IMG/VR virus record: IMGVR_UViG_3300030606_000007
Span: 1-60,348 of that record
Direction: 5' to 3' (one strand)
Source: a virus
Lineage: Duplodnaviria; Caudoviricetes
DNA: 60,348 bases
The position numbers were made by a program, and so were the translations under genes. Within the stretch, counting starts at the first letter, position 1; the number at the start of each line of letters is the position of its first letter. The notes beneath the pieces are model-generated. The model made no database searches. It was not told the DNA's origin and saw only the letters and a list, made by a program, of their open reading frames with translations. Positions 20,475-30,612 of this stretch are shown piece after piece.

Positions 20475-20673
20475 GGTCAGTACTTCCGGCAGTGATATGC
20501 CGGAATCCCAATGCGCGCGCGGGTTCCACGCCTGGTAGTTGTAGGTCCACGCCCGGTTTCACACCTGCCGCACCCGCGTCCCTCCTAGACTCCGCTCGCC
20601 CCGCACGGCTCAATGCGGGCGCCGCGCCGGCAAGGTATGTGGCATCTCACCCCCCGTCCTGGAGGGTGCCGAC

Positions 20674-21288
20674 GTGAGCCGGATTTACTATCAGGACGAG
20701 TGGGTCACGCTGTGGCATGGGGACTGGCGGGAGGTGGTCGCCCAGGCCGACGTTCTGATTACCGACCCCCCGTACGGCCTCGGCGCGATCATGCAAGGTG
20801 GCGAGGTCAAGTGGCCGCTTTGGGAAGGACGGTCCCAGGCTGGCCTGCCGTGGGACGCGGCTACGTCCGGCTTCGTCCCGGACTTGGTGGCCCGATTCCC
20901 CAATGCGGTCGTGTGGGGCGGCCAATACTACGCGCTCCCACCGCGGCGCGGGTGGCTCGTGTGGGACAAGATCGTGCGCAACTTTTCGTCCGGCCACGTC
21001 GAGCTTGCCTGGACGACCCTCGATCAGCCGACACGGGCGTTCAGCTACGCCCATGGCCAGCTTGCCAGCGAGGGGAAGCACCACCCAACACAGAAGCCGC
21101 TCCCGTTGATGGAGTGGTGCATCGGCATGACTTCCGGCTCTGTGCTCGACCCCTTCGCCGGCTCCGGCACCACCCTGGTGGCAGCCAAGAATCTCGGTCG
21201 CAAGTCAATCGGCGTCGAGCTGGAAGAAAAGTACTGCGAGATAGCCGCCAAGCGTCTCTCCCAGGGCGTCCTGGAGCTAGGCGCATGA
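20674..21288 (+). CDS. DNA N6-adenine/N4-cytosine methyltransferase
   Basis: ITDPPY, HPTQKP, VLDPFAGSGTT. Confidence 0.92.
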   Translation: MSRIYYQDEWVTLWHGDWREVVAQADVLITDPPYGLGAIMQGGEVKWPLWEGRSQAGLPWDAATSGFVPDLVARFPNAVVWGGQYYALPPRRGWLVWDKIVRNFSSGHVELAWTTLDQPTRAFSYAHGQLASEGKHHPTQKPLPLMEWCIGMTSGSVLDPFAGSGTTLVAAKNLGRKSIGVELEEKYCEIAAKRLSQGVLELGA

Positions 21289-21959
21289 GCCGCACCCACC
21301 AGTCCCGCACCGAATGGCGCACGCCGGGGCGGGCGACGGTGCTCGACCTGTTCTGCGGAGGCGGAGGCGCGAGTGTCGGATACGCCCGTGCCGGCTACTC
21401 CGTGGTTGGCGTCGATATCGTTCTCCAGCCGCACTACCCGTTCCCCTTCGTTCAAGCCGACGCTCTCGCTCCGCCCTTCGACCTGTCTGGCTTCGACCTG
21501 ATCCATGCGAGCCCTCCGTGCCAGGCGTACACGCGGGCCGGGCGCCTGCGGGACGCACAGGGCGGCACCGTGGGAAGCAGCGACCTGTTGGCCGAGACGA
21601 GGGCGATGCTCAGGGCGAGCGGTGTGCCGTACGTCATCGAGAACGTGCCCGGCGCGCCGATGGACGGGGCCGTCCTGCTCTGCGGGAGCATGTTCGGGCT
21701 CGCGGTGCGGAGACACCGCTTGTTTGAGTGCCCCTTCGTGCTGTCCCCACCATGCGATCACGCGGCGCAAGGCCGGCCCGTCGGCGTCTACTACAACCTC
21801 GCTGACGAGATACCGAACGGCGGACGCACCGCACGCACCCTCGCTGAAGCCCAGGCCGCCATGGGCATCGACTGGCTCCCGTGGGACACGCTCAAGGAAG
21901 CGATTCCGCCGGCCTACACCGAGTGGATCGGCTCCCGCCTACTGGAGCTCACCCCATGA
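21285..21959 (+). CDS. DNA C5-cytosine methyltransferase-like (short phage type)
   Basis: LDLFCGGGG, HASPPCQ, IENV, RHRLFE, EAIPPAY. Confidence 0.88.
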   Translation: MSRTHQSRTEWRTPGRATVLDLFCGGGGASVGYARAGYSVVGVDIVLQPHYPFPFVQADALAPPFDLSGFDLIHASPPCQAYTRAGRLRDAQGGTVGSSDLLAETRAMLRASGVPYVIENVPGAPMDGAVLLCGSMFGLAVRRHRLFECPFVLSPPCDHAAQGRPVGVYYNLADEIPNGGRTARTLAEAQAAMGIDWLPWDTLKEAIPPAYTEWIGSRLLELTP

Positions 21960-23044
21960 CCCCACTCACCCGCACAGAGCTAGCCTGCGAGATGGCCGCC
22001 TACCTACGGCGCAAGCGGAAGCGCGAGCAAGCCGAAATACGCTGCGCGAGGACGGTGCCCGCCTTCGGGAAGGACAACAACTACGGCTTGAAATGGCGAA
22101 AGAACCCGGCGGGACCGTCGGACTACGTGCCGCCTTTCGACTGGGACGACGCGCATAGGGTTGGGCCGCTGTGAGCCAACAAAGGAGAAGAGCTGTGAGC
22201 GAGACGGAACCGAGTTACGACGAGTGGCCTGACCTTGCGAGGCGTCTTAAGAGGGCAATTCGCGCGAAGAAAACGGATGACGGTCGCGAGCATCACGTCG
22301 CGGCCGCATACAATGCCTGCTGCGTCTGCCGGTTGCTGTGGGCAATCACATACCTAGGCCCGGCTACGATCGTCATTGGCGAGCCATCCGATCCCGTGGA
22401 CCGCGTCCCTGACTGCCGCTCCCCCACGGATTCCCGCTACCGGAAGGCCCTGGAGGAGATAGCCAACCACGTCTACCACGGCACCAAGCTCTCCGGCTAC
22501 TACGAGTTGCAGCGCGTCGCCAGGGGTGCTCTCTCCCGCGAGGAGAGCCAACAAGGAGGTGAGATGTGAGGCGCGAGACGAAACACACGAGCGAAGTGGT
22601 GTTGCTCGACGCTGGGTGGGTCAAGGTAGTGAGGTGGCCCAACCTGCCGCGTGAGCTGGTCGCGCTTATTGGTGAGCACGAGGCTGTGGTGGGGCGCCTC
22701 GACACCGGGCGCTTCCTGCGGTTCCCGCGTGTCTCCCCCGAGGAAAAGCCGTGAGGCTCAACGACCTGGTCGTGAAACGCGCCACCGACGCATGGGTCGC
22801 GGCACACAAGTGGATCCGCCGTGCGCCGCGTCGCACCGGCACCGTGACGACGTTCACCGGCCCCACCGCCGACGAGATCATCACCGCGGCTGCGGGAGGC
22901 AGTCACGCGCTCTTCCGCGCGTACGAGACGGTAGTGGTCGAGCGGGCGCGGGAGAAGCTCGGGCTCAAGGCACGTGTCCGAAATCCCCACCGGATTGCAT
23001 CGGGTGCAGGAGTTTCCCCAGGCTGCGTGAGTCGCTTCGTCTGA
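21956..23044 (+). other. Four small hypothetical genes (21956-22174, ~22171-22569, 22566-22754, 22751-23044)
   Basis: Coupled ORFs. Confidence 0.5.
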
Positions 23045-23078
23045 TTTGCCACATCAACAACCCTGACGGTACCCGACC

Positions 23079-23411
23079 ATGAAGTCAGCAACCGAGACGC
23101 TCGACGTCGCGCCACCAGCGACGAGCAACCCATACACGGAGCTCCTGCTCACGGAGCGGGGTTTCTCCTACCGCGACTACCTGGCCAGTCCCGAGTGGCG
23201 GAAGAAGCGAGCGGCCGCGCTCGAGTACGCGGGCCACGCCTGCCAGGCCTGCAATTCTCCGCACGAGCTCGAGGTGCACCACCGGACGTACGAGCGGCTG
23301 TGCAGGGAGCGTCCGGCCGACCTGACCGTGCTCTGCCGCACGTGCCACACGCTGTTCCATGCTGGTGGCCGCATCCTCGGGTTGTACGTCGAGGAGGACG
23401 CGGTTACGTGA
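23079..23411 (+). CDS. Small HNH endonuclease
   Basis: YLASPEWRKKR...CQAC...LEVHHRTY...LCRTCH. Confidence 0.85.
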   Translation: MKSATETLDVAPPATSNPYTELLLTERGFSYRDYLASPEWRKKRAAALEYAGHACQACNSPHELEVHHRTYERLCRERPADLTVLCRTCHTLFHAGGRILGLYVEEDAVT

Positions 23412-24109
23412 GCGAGCGGTGGACGCCGATCTACGACCGGATGTTCGACCCGGACCACGAGCTCGCGAAGGGCGACCCAGCGTGTCAGCGATGGGCCTTC
23501 ATGGACCTCTGCCACATGGCGCAGTGGAAGGACGGCGCGAGGGTGGTAGGGGGCACGGTAATCAAGCTCCCACGCGGATGTTTTCTGGCCTCAGTGAGGT
23601 ACCTGGCGGAACGCTGGAAGTGGTCGAAGAACCGAGCCGACCGATTTCTAGCGGCCCTACAGCACCCGGAGGTCGGGAAGATCCGGCATGAGAGCGTGAA
23701 CCGATATGGGACAGTCTATCGCATTGTGAATTATGACGTTTACGCCAATCCTCGGGACACTCACGGGGACGCCAACGAGGACGCAAACGGGACGCAAACG
23801 GGACAAAGAACAACAAGTACAGTTGGTAACAACGTCGTCGCGCGCGCGGTGGGTGACTTCTGCGAACGGCTGGGATGCTCCTGGAAGCTCAACCGTGGCA
23901 TCGAGGAGTGGGTAGACGACCTACGCCGGGAGCCTCGTTACGCCGGGGTCAACCTCGAGGCCGAGATACGCGAATGCGCCGAGTGGCATGAGGGCAAGGG
24001 TAGGAAGCCGAGGGCGCCCGACCGATCCATCCGCAATTGGCTGAAGGTGGCAGCGAAGGATGCGAACCCGAACCTCGCCAACGGCAAACACTGGGCGGAC
24101 TCGCTATGA
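23408..24109 (+). CDS. Replication initiator/replisome organiser (N-terminal wHTH)
   Basis: LPRGCFLASVRYLAERWKWSKNRADRFL; internal iterons; precedes DnaB. Confidence 0.75.
   Translation: MSERWTPIYDRMFDPDHELAKGDPACQRWAFMDLCHMAQWKDGARVVGGTVIKLPRGCFLASVRYLAERWKWSKNRADRFLAALQHPEVGKIRHESVNRYGTVYRIVNYDVYANPRDTHGDANEDANGTQTGQRTTSTVGNNVVARAVGDFCERLGCSWKLNRGIEEWVDDLRREPRYAGVNLEAEIRECAEWHEGKGRKPRAPDRSIRNWLKVAAKDANPNLANGKHWADSL
23753..23833 (+). repeat. Iteron-like repeats plus A-rich tract, probable replication origin
   Basis: Five ~11-12 bp units (CGGGACGCAAA consensus) followed by AAAGAACAACAAGTAC, inside the initiator gene as in lambda O. Confidence 0.7.
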
Positions 24110-25467
24110 ACGACGTACCGCACTCCACGGAAGCCGAGATCGGCGTGCTGGGCGCGATGCTGATCGATCCGGAAGCCGTGAGCGAGGTACGGGTGGTGCT
24201 CATGCCGGCCGACTTCTACGCCGCACGTCACCGGCTGCTCTACGAGGCGATGGTGAGCCTGCACGACAAGGGCTCGGGTGTGGACGTTACATCCCTCGGT
24301 GCCCACCTGAATGCTCACGGCAACCTGGACGGTGCCGGTGGGTGGGACATGCTCGGAGCCTTGGTGGACGCCGTACCCACGGCGGCTGGTGCGTACCACC
24401 ACGCCTGCATCATCCGGGACACCGCGGCACGCAGGAGGCTCATCACCGCCTGCCAAGAGACGGCCCGAGACGCGATGGGGGGTGCGGACACGACCGAGGT
24501 GTTCCAGGCCGCGGAGAGACGGTTGCTGGCCGTCACCGACCGGAGCGGGCCCGCCTCGTTCTGCTCGTCCGGCGACTTGGTGCTGGACGCTATGGCTCTG
24601 ATCGAGCGGGCGAGCAACACACCGGACGGTATGGTCGGCATCAGGACCGGCATCCCGCATCTAGACCACCTGACGGCGGGCCTGGAAGCCGGTTGCCTGA
24701 CGATACTGGCGGGTAGGCCGGCGATGGGGAAAAGCGCGCTCGCCTGGCAGCTCGCTGAACGCGCGGCGATGGACGACAACGGGGTAGCGTATGCGAGCTA
24801 CGAGATGGGCCGCGGCCAGCTCGGGCGCAGGGGCCTGGCCCGGCTCACGGGCATCGACGCCGGAGCCATCCGCAGGGGCCGGCTAGACCGGCGTCAATGG
24901 GAAACGCTCGGCCAGGCCAGCAACCGCCTTGGCGTGCTCCCACTGTGGACCTGCGACCGTCCACCATCCCAGGTCGAGGGCCTACGCTCGCTCGTCCAAC
25001 GCCACCGCACGAAGCATGAGGTAGGCCTGTTGGTCGTCGACTACCTCCAGCAGATGGCGGGCCCGAAGAACGCTGGCAACCGCAACAACGAGGTCGAGCA
25101 CATCACCCGCAACCTCAAGCGCATAGCCAGCGAGCTCGGCGTCCACGTGCTCGCGCTCTCCCAGCTCAGCAGGAAGGTCGAGGACAGGAAGCCACCGCGT
25201 CCCATGCTCGCAGACCTACGTGACTCGGGAGCCATCGAACAGGACGCCGACAACGTGCTCCTGCTCTGGAGGCCTGAGGAGTACTTCGACGACGCTACAC
25301 CGGACGAGACGATGGCGCAGTGGCAGGGCAAGGGCGAGCTGATACTGGCCAAGCAACGAGACGGCGCGACAGGTCGGGTGCTGCTGAGCTGGGACGCGGC
25401 CAGGCTGATGTTCACGGAGGCGGCACGAGATGGGTTGGGGCTGAGAACCTCAGGAGCGTTGACCTGA
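24106..25467 (+). CDS. dnaB: Replicative DNA helicase
   Basis: PHSTEAEIGVLGAML, AGRPAMGKS, VVDYLQ, LSQLSR, DLRDSGAIEQDAD, KQRDG. Confidence 0.97.
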   Translation: MNDVPHSTEAEIGVLGAMLIDPEAVSEVRVVLMPADFYAARHRLLYEAMVSLHDKGSGVDVTSLGAHLNAHGNLDGAGGWDMLGALVDAVPTAAGAYHHACIIRDTAARRRLITACQETARDAMGGADTTEVFQAAERRLLAVTDRSGPASFCSSGDLVLDAMALIERASNTPDGMVGIRTGIPHLDHLTAGLEAGCLTILAGRPAMGKSALAWQLAERAAMDDNGVAYASYEMGRGQLGRRGLARLTGIDAGAIRRGRLDRRQWETLGQASNRLGVLPLWTCDRPPSQVEGLRSLVQRHRTKHEVGLLVVDYLQQMAGPKNAGNRNNEVEHITRNLKRIASELGVHVLALSQLSRKVEDRKPPRPMLADLRDSGAIEQDADNVLLLWRPEEYFDDATPDETMAQWQGKGELILAKQRDGATGRVLLSWDAARLMFTEAARDGLGLRTSGALT

Positions 25468-25487
25468 ACGCACGCGGGAGGGTACGT

Positions 25488-25781
25488 TTGGACGACAGCA
25501 GCGATGGCCGCCCAGGGGCGGCGCCACCCGGTAAGCTCGCCGGAGGCGCCGCCTTTTCGCGTTCAGGAGACCTGCTCTACGCGACCTGTCCCGAATGCGG
25601 GCAGCGCATCAGGGAGCCGTTTCACGTGGACGGAGGACCGCAGATCTACGTGCACCACCGCACCCGCCGGGGCCGTGACAGGCTGTGCCGGCTGATCATC
25701 GCTCCGGCCGGCCGTTGGGTGCGTTCTGTCCCGTCGGATGTGTCGCTCGAGGACGCCTTGGTCGAGGCGGTGGCGGGGTGA
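25488..25781 (+). CDS. Zinc-ribbon hypothetical protein
   Basis: CPECG...H...C; GGGAGG RBS before a TTG start. Confidence 0.45.
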   Translation: MDDSSDGRPGAAPPGKLAGGAAFSRSGDLLYATCPECGQRIREPFHVDGGPQIYVHHRTRRGRDRLCRLIIAPAGRWVRSVPSDVSLEDALVEAVAG

Positions 25782-26224
25782 GCGCTGCCGGTTCTGGGGC
25801 TGCGGCCAAGCGTCCGAAACACTGGGACAAGATGGTATCGGCAGCGTACTTGCGTATGCTCGGCGCCACCCAGAAAACCACGGCGAAAGCGGTGGGACGT
25901 ATCGAGCGGACGATCCGGCAGTGGGAGGCCGACGTCGAGACCTGGAACGCCGCACGAGTCGAGGCGCGGGAGCGGTGGTTCGCGGATGCCGATGCCGACG
26001 CACGGGCAGCGATCACAGCCAGGCTCCGTGCATGCGATGGCGATGTGGCGCGCTGGTTCTTGGAGCGGACTGACGACAGGCTGACTCCGCCGCGGGTCCG
26101 GGCCGAGATCTCGGGGCCTGGTGGCGGGCCGATGGAGGTAGCCGTTACCCGCCAGGTCGTGCCCGCGGCAACGAACCGCATCGCCGCTCACGCGAACGGC
26201 CGGAATGGCGACGGTAGCCCTTGA
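25778..26224 (+). CDS. terS: Terminase small subunit
   Basis: HTH ATQKTTAKAVGRIERTIRQWE, ARWFLER, EISGPGGGP; directly upstream of terL. Confidence 0.8.
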   Translation: MSAAGSGAAAKRPKHWDKMVSAAYLRMLGATQKTTAKAVGRIERTIRQWEADVETWNAARVEARERWFADADADARAAITARLRACDGDVARWFLERTDDRLTPPRVRAEISGPGGGPMEVAVTRQVVPAATNRIAAHANGRNGDGSP

Positions 26225-27509
26225 CATCCCCACCGCGGAGTGGGCGTTGCCGCTGCTCGAGCCGGCGCGCTACAAGGGCGCGGTTGGCGGGCGCGGTCGG
26301 GGCGCGTCGCATTTCTTCGCTGGCCTCGCGGTCGAGGAGATGGTCTGTGACCCCGACCTGCACTTCGTGTGCATCCGCGAGGTCCAAAGGGCGCTGCGCT
26401 ATTCAGCGAAGAGTCTCGTCGAGCTCAAGATCCGCGAGCATGGCGTCGAGGACCACTTCGCGATCCTCACGTCCGAGATCCGCCGCAGGGGCGGGCAGGG
26501 CGTGATGATCTTCGAGGGCATGCAGGACCATACGGCCGACTCGATCAAGTCGCTGGAGGGCTTCGGGCGCGCCTGGGTCGAGGAGGCGCACTCGCTGTCG
26601 GATCGCTCGCTCAGACTGCTCCGTCCGACGATCCGCGCGCCTGGCTCAGAGCTCTGGTTCAGCTACAACCGTGAGAGCCCCGACGACGCGGTCGACAAGT
26701 TCTTCGCCGAGCGCGCCGGCAACCCAAACGTCCGGCTTGTTCAAGCGACCTACCGAGACAACCCATTCCTGCCACCCGACATGCTCCAGGAGGCCGAGGA
26801 CGACCTGCGGATCGACCCGGAGATGTACGAGCACGTCTGGGGTGGCGGGTACTTCCTCGGCGGCTCGGGGCGCGTGTATGCGGGTTTCCTGAACAAGCCG
26901 TGGCCCGAGGGCAGCATCGACGAGAGCATCGAGGATCCCGGCGCCGGCGAGCTGCTCGTCGGCATCGACTTCAACGTCGATCCCATGTCCGCAGTGATCG
27001 CGGTCAGGGCGGTCGACGAGTGCCTGGTTCTCGACGCGATCAAGATCAGGTCTTCGAACACCGCCGAGCTCGCCGACGAGGTGAAGGAGCGTTACCCCGG
27101 CCGGCGCTACATCGCGTGCCCCGACCCTTCGGGCAACCAGCGCAAGACGTCGGCCCCCGTTGGAGAGACAGACCTCACAATCCTCAGGCGCGCGGGCTTC
27201 GAGGTCCGCGCTCCGAGCGCCGCCCCGCCCGTCAAGGACCGGATCAACAACACCAACAACATGCTGCTCGACAAGAAGACCGGCCGTCGTCGGTGCCGGG
27301 TGCATCCCAGGGCGAAGTATCTCGTGACGGGGCTCTCGAACCTCGTCTACAAGAAGGGCACCAGCCAGCCCGAAAAGGGCACCACCACCCAGCCCGAAAA
27401 GGGCAAGTACGGCCACGTCTGCGCGGCGCTTGGCTACCTGCTCTGGGAGGAGTTCAACGTGCTCACGGCGCCCCTCCACGGCACGCGCATCACCACCCCC
27501 TTCGGCTGA
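26205..27509 (+). CDS. terL: Terminase large subunit (PBSX-like)
   Basis: RYKGAVGGRG, CIREVQ, IKSLEG..RAWVEEA, TYRDNPFL, GIDFNVDP. Confidence 0.92.
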   Translation: MATVALDIPTAEWALPLLEPARYKGAVGGRGRGASHFFAGLAVEEMVCDPDLHFVCIREVQRALRYSAKSLVELKIREHGVEDHFAILTSEIRRRGGQGVMIFEGMQDHTADSIKSLEGFGRAWVEEAHSLSDRSLRLLRPTIRAPGSELWFSYNRESPDDAVDKFFAERAGNPNVRLVQATYRDNPFLPPDMLQEAEDDLRIDPEMYEHVWGGGYFLGGSGRVYAGFLNKPWPEGSIDESIEDPGAGELLVGIDFNVDPMSAVIAVRAVDECLVLDAIKIRSSNTAELADEVKERYPGRRYIACPDPSGNQRKTSAPVGETDLTILRRAGFEVRAPSAAPPVKDRINNTNNMLLDKKTGRRRCRVHPRAKYLVTGLSNLVYKKGTSQPEKGTTTQPEKGKYGHVCAALGYLLWEEFNVLTAPLHGTRITTPFG

Positions 27510-27517
27510 GGCGCACC

Positions 27518-29089
27518 ATGGCTTACTCGACCGGACTCGTGCAGGCGGCCAAGCGGACCGAGCGCACCGAGATCATCGTCGACCCGGCGAGCGACGACTC
27601 CAAGGACCGGCCGGATTACGAGTGCCAGTCCTACCGCGCGCAGCTGGAAGACGTCGTGCTGATGCGCGACGCGTCGGGTGGCACGAAGACGCTGCGCAAG
27701 GCCGGAAAGACGTACCTGCCGAAGCACCCGATGGAGGCGGACGAGAAGCACGAGGAGCGCCTGGAGATCGCGGTCGCGTTCAACGCGCTCGGCAAGACCG
27801 TGAGCGCGCTGACCGGCATGATCTTCCGGAAGGACCCGACCTACGAGAAGGTGCCGGAGCCGCTCGAGGAGCACCTGGAGAACATCGACCAGCGCGGCCA
27901 GGCGCTGCCGATCTTCCTGCGCAACGTCGCCGAGGACGCGCTGACCGACGGCCACACGTGGCTCCACGTCGACGCTCCTCGCCAAGATCCCGCGATCCGC
28001 ACCCGGGCGGACGAGCGCCAGGCCGGCATCCGCCCGTATTGGATCGCCGTCAAGAAGAGCCAGGCGATCAACTGGCGCTACATGCTACGCGCGGGCCGGC
28101 CGGTGCTCACGTTGTTCGTGTACCGTGAGGCTGTGAAGCGACCCGTTGGCGACTTCGGGGAGGAGACGGTCGACGGGCGCCGCGTGCTACGCGAACTGGT
28201 CACGCCCGACGGCCGTGAAATCGTTGGCCAGTTCTGGGAGTTCCAGGAGGCTGTGGACGCGCAGGGCAACCGCACGAAGAAGTGGGTGCGCACGGAGAGC
28301 TACATGATTGACATCGACGAGATCCCGGTCGTGATCGTGTACGCGAAGCGCACCGGCATCTATGAGTCCGAGCCACCGCTGCGCGACCTCGCGTACGAGC
28401 AAATCGAGCACTACCGCGTGCGCTCCGATCGCCAGAAGTCCATGACGTTCAGCTCGATCGCCGTGCCGTGGATGTTCGGCAGGGGCGTGACGGACGAAGA
28501 GGGCGTGCCGAAGGTCCGCTGGGGCCCGGACGGCATGATGTTGCTGAACGACCCCGAGGCCACGACGGGCATGCTCGAGAGCCAGGGCCACGGCCTCGAC
28601 GCGACCAAGGAGGAGCTCCAGGAGATCCAGGGCCGCATGGCATCGCTCGGCTTGCAGATGCTCGTGCGCAGGACCCAGGTCACCGCGACCGAGAAGATCC
28701 TGGACAAGACCGAGGCCGACGCCGACCTCGCCGCGTTCGCGATCTCGCTGCAGGACGGCACGAACCGGGCGCTCGAGATCCACGGCAAGTATCGCAAGGT
28801 GGACGTCGTCGGCGAGATTGTGCTCAACCGCGACTTCCACGCTCAGCTGATCGACCCGGCGCTGCTCCGTGTGCTGAACGACATGGTCACGGCCGACAAC
28901 CTGTCGCTGGAGGCGTTGCTCGCGGCGCTCGTGGCCGGTGAGGTGCTCGACGAGGCGTTCGACATCGAGGCCGAGGTCGCCAAGCTCAGGGCGCAGCGCG
29001 AGGAGCGGCTCGCCACCATGGAGAGCATGCTGGACGTCGGCGGTGGCGGTGAGGGTGACACCGGGGACGACGGAGCCGCGGCGGCCTGA
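27518..29089 (+). CDS. Portal protein (DUF4055/SPP1-like)
   Basis: AGKTYLPK..E...RL..A...N...TV..LTGMIFRK; NID..G; PPLRDLA; position after terL. Confidence 0.88.
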   Translation: MAYSTGLVQAAKRTERTEIIVDPASDDSKDRPDYECQSYRAQLEDVVLMRDASGGTKTLRKAGKTYLPKHPMEADEKHEERLEIAVAFNALGKTVSALTGMIFRKDPTYEKVPEPLEEHLENIDQRGQALPIFLRNVAEDALTDGHTWLHVDAPRQDPAIRTRADERQAGIRPYWIAVKKSQAINWRYMLRAGRPVLTLFVYREAVKRPVGDFGEETVDGRRVLRELVTPDGREIVGQFWEFQEAVDAQGNRTKKWVRTESYMIDIDEIPVVIVYAKRTGIYESEPPLRDLAYEQIEHYRVRSDRQKSMTFSSIAVPWMFGRGVTDEEGVPKVRWGPDGMMLLNDPEATTGMLESQGHGLDATKEELQEIQGRMASLGLQMLVRRTQVTATEKILDKTEADADLAAFAISLQDGTNRALEIHGKYRKVDVVGEIVLNRDFHAQLIDPALLRVLNDMVTADNLSLEALLAALVAGEVLDEAFDIEAEVAKLRAQREERLATMESMLDVGGGGEGDTGDDGAAAA

Positions 29090-30207
29090 TGCAGGAGCTG
29101 ATCGAGCGCGTTCTGTTCCTTCAGCACGTCGGCAACACGATAGGCCGGAGCCTGCGCGAGGCGCTGGCCGAGCTGTTCTTCGGCTTCGAGCGCGACCTGC
29201 GCCGGGCCGATCCGACCGGCGTGCAGGCGCGCTACCGCCTGGCCCGCCGTGAGGCGTTCATGGCTCGGACCCGCGAGCGCGTGCGCAGGTGGCTACCACC
29301 GACCACGGAGGGTCTGCGCGACGCGCTCACCGGCCTCGGTCGCCAGCAGGCGGTCGCCGTGCACGACGACCTAATCGCTACGCTCGGCACGTTCGACCTC
29401 GAGGGCCGCGTCAGGGAGACCCCGCTCACCCGCGCGAGGATGCGCGCGATACTCACGACCGACCCGTTCGAGGGCCGCGTGCTCAAGGACCATGGCACCC
29501 GCCTCGGGGCCAACATCGTCGACCGCGTTGGTGTGCAGGTCCGGCTCGGCATGGCCCGTGAGGAGCCGATCGACGACATCGTGCGGCGGATCCGGGGCCG
29601 CAGGGTCGCGGGATCCCGTGCGTTCACCGGCGGGGTGATGCAGACGACGACCAGGGACGCGGAGGGGCTGGTCCGGACGGCGGTCACGTTCACGGCCGCG
29701 AGGGGCATGCTTGAGACGTTCCGCGAGAACGCGAGCATCTTGGAGGGCGTGCAGTACGTGGCCACGCTCGACGACCGCACCACGCTGATATGCCTGTCGC
29801 TCGACGGGACCGTATGGGACCTGGACGACCCGGAGATCATTGTGCCGGGTGAGGCTACGCACTGGGGCTGCCGGAGCACGCTGATCGGGCTGCCGGACTG
29901 GAAGAAGCTCGGGCTCACGGAGCCGCCCGCTGCCGACCGTGTGGTGCGCGACCTATCTACCGTCTCGGACGAAGACTTGCTGCGCACGGTGCGCGCCCGG
30001 CGTCGTTCCGGGGGATTCGGAGACGTGGAGCGCATCTCGTCCAACACCGCCGCGGCCGAGTGGCTCCGGCGCCAGAGGCCGGCCGTGCAAAACCGGATCT
30101 TCGGCAAGGGCCGAGCCGAGCTTTTCCGCAACGGTGAGGTGACCCTGAAGGACCTCGTGACGAAAGACTTCCGCACGGTGTCGCTCGCCGAGCTTTCGGT
30201 GAACTAG
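29089..30207 (+). CDS. Minor head/head morphogenesis protein (SPP1 gp7/Mu F-like)
   Basis: VRTAV, YVATLDDRTTLICLSLDG, HWGCRS. Confidence 0.88.
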   Translation: MQELIERVLFLQHVGNTIGRSLREALAELFFGFERDLRRADPTGVQARYRLARREAFMARTRERVRRWLPPTTEGLRDALTGLGRQQAVAVHDDLIATLGTFDLEGRVRETPLTRARMRAILTTDPFEGRVLKDHGTRLGANIVDRVGVQVRLGMAREEPIDDIVRRIRGRRVAGSRAFTGGVMQTTTRDAEGLVRTAVTFTAARGMLETFRENASILEGVQYVATLDDRTTLICLSLDGTVWDLDDPEIIVPGEATHWGCRSTLIGLPDWKKLGLTEPPAADRVVRDLSTVSDEDLLRTVRARRRSGGFGDVERISSNTAAAEWLRRQRPAVQNRIFGKGRAELFRNGEVTLKDLVTKDFRTVSLAELSVN

Positions 30208-30384
30208 GGTGGCCCGCCGCCCGACGATCGTCAACGTGCCCATGCGTTCCGGTGAGCGTCTGCGGTTCGCGGTCCACGCCGATGGGACGTGCTACGAACT
30301 TCGGAAGGCCGGTCAGCGGAAGGTGCACGACGAACTAATGCGCCGCCGACTGGTGGCCTTCACCAAGGAGGGCAAGAAGACCAC

Positions 30385-30612
30385 ATGAGCCCCAAGAAGC
30401 TGCAAGTCCTGATCGAGCTCGACCTCCAAACCAAGCAGGTCACGACCACCGGCCCGATGGAGCACCCCGGCATCGTCGTCAAGATATTGGCCGCCGCGCT
30501 CGCCCAGGTCGGTGACTCCATCGCCGCCGAGCAGGATGCGCGCGAGAAGGAGAAGGCCGGCAAGCCGGACATCGTGATCGCGAGGCCGGGCCTTCGGGTG
30601 CCTCGCGCGTGA
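30385..30612 (+). CDS. Hypothetical protein
   Basis: AAGGAGG RBS, 75 codons. Confidence 0.55.
   Translation: MSPKKLQVLIELDLQTKQVTTTGPMEHPGIVVKILAAALAQVGDSIAAEQDAREKEKAGKPDIVIARPGLRVPRA

Noticed and set aside
20674-21959. Restriction-modification system
   Set aside because: No cognate restriction endonuclease adjacent; orphan methyltransferases are common in phages
23753-23833. CRISPR or mini-array
   Set aside because: Short adjacent repeats without spacers inside the initiator gene fit iterons; no CRISPR array or cas gene was seen in the window
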